DNA of 63,804 nucleotides, counting the filler, from Octopus bimaculoides (lineage: Eukaryota), in the NCBI RefSeq assembly GCF_001194135.2. It is 6 parts of 6 records of this genome, joined end to end, with 100 filler letters (N's around TTAATTAATTAA, not from the genome) between each part and the next. Parts side by side here need not be neighbours in the genome. Positions count along the whole stretch, not along the records: positions 61,614 to 63,804 come from NC_068991.1; 5 more parts are not named here. One strand, written 5' to 3'. Each line of letters starts with the position of its first letter. Positions within the stretch are counted from its first letter, which is position 1. Of the stretch, positions 63,745 to 63,804 are shown piece after piece. Both the position numbers and the translations under genes were made by a program. The notes under the pieces are model-generated. The model was not told the DNA's origin. It did not search any database and saw only the letters and a list, made by a program, of their open reading frames with translations.

Positions 63745-63804
<60 letters not shown>
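63455..63804. repeat. (TATG)n and (GT)n low-complexity tract
   Basis: Directly visible. Confidence 0.9.

Overview
AT-rich, gap-riddled eukaryotic scaffold made of microsatellites and transposon relics; the SINE/LINE families and repeat style suggest a coleoid cephalopod, probably Octopus (inference from recalled repeat families, no search run). No intact host gene, tRNA/rRNA gene or CRISPR array is supported. Most long ORFs in the track are N-gap or microsatellite artefacts. Elements seen: a full-span CMC/Chapaev3-like transposon (4102-7682, TAA target duplication) with a Tc1 nested inside it; many R4/Dong-like restriction-endonuclease LINE fragments, plus a SINE and a non-coding element that all abut (TAA)n tracts; RTE, CR1/L2-like and Penelope-like (GIY-YIG) relics; several MITEs and foldbacks. 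Main discovery: type I hammerhead ribozyme motifs in three unrelated sequence contexts (7950-8014 minus, 43379-43424 minus, 61629-61712 plus). The first lies in a non-coding ~504-nt partial tandem repeat with the architecture of a retrozyme or Penelope pseudo-LTR. Ribozyme activity and family assignments are untested predictions.
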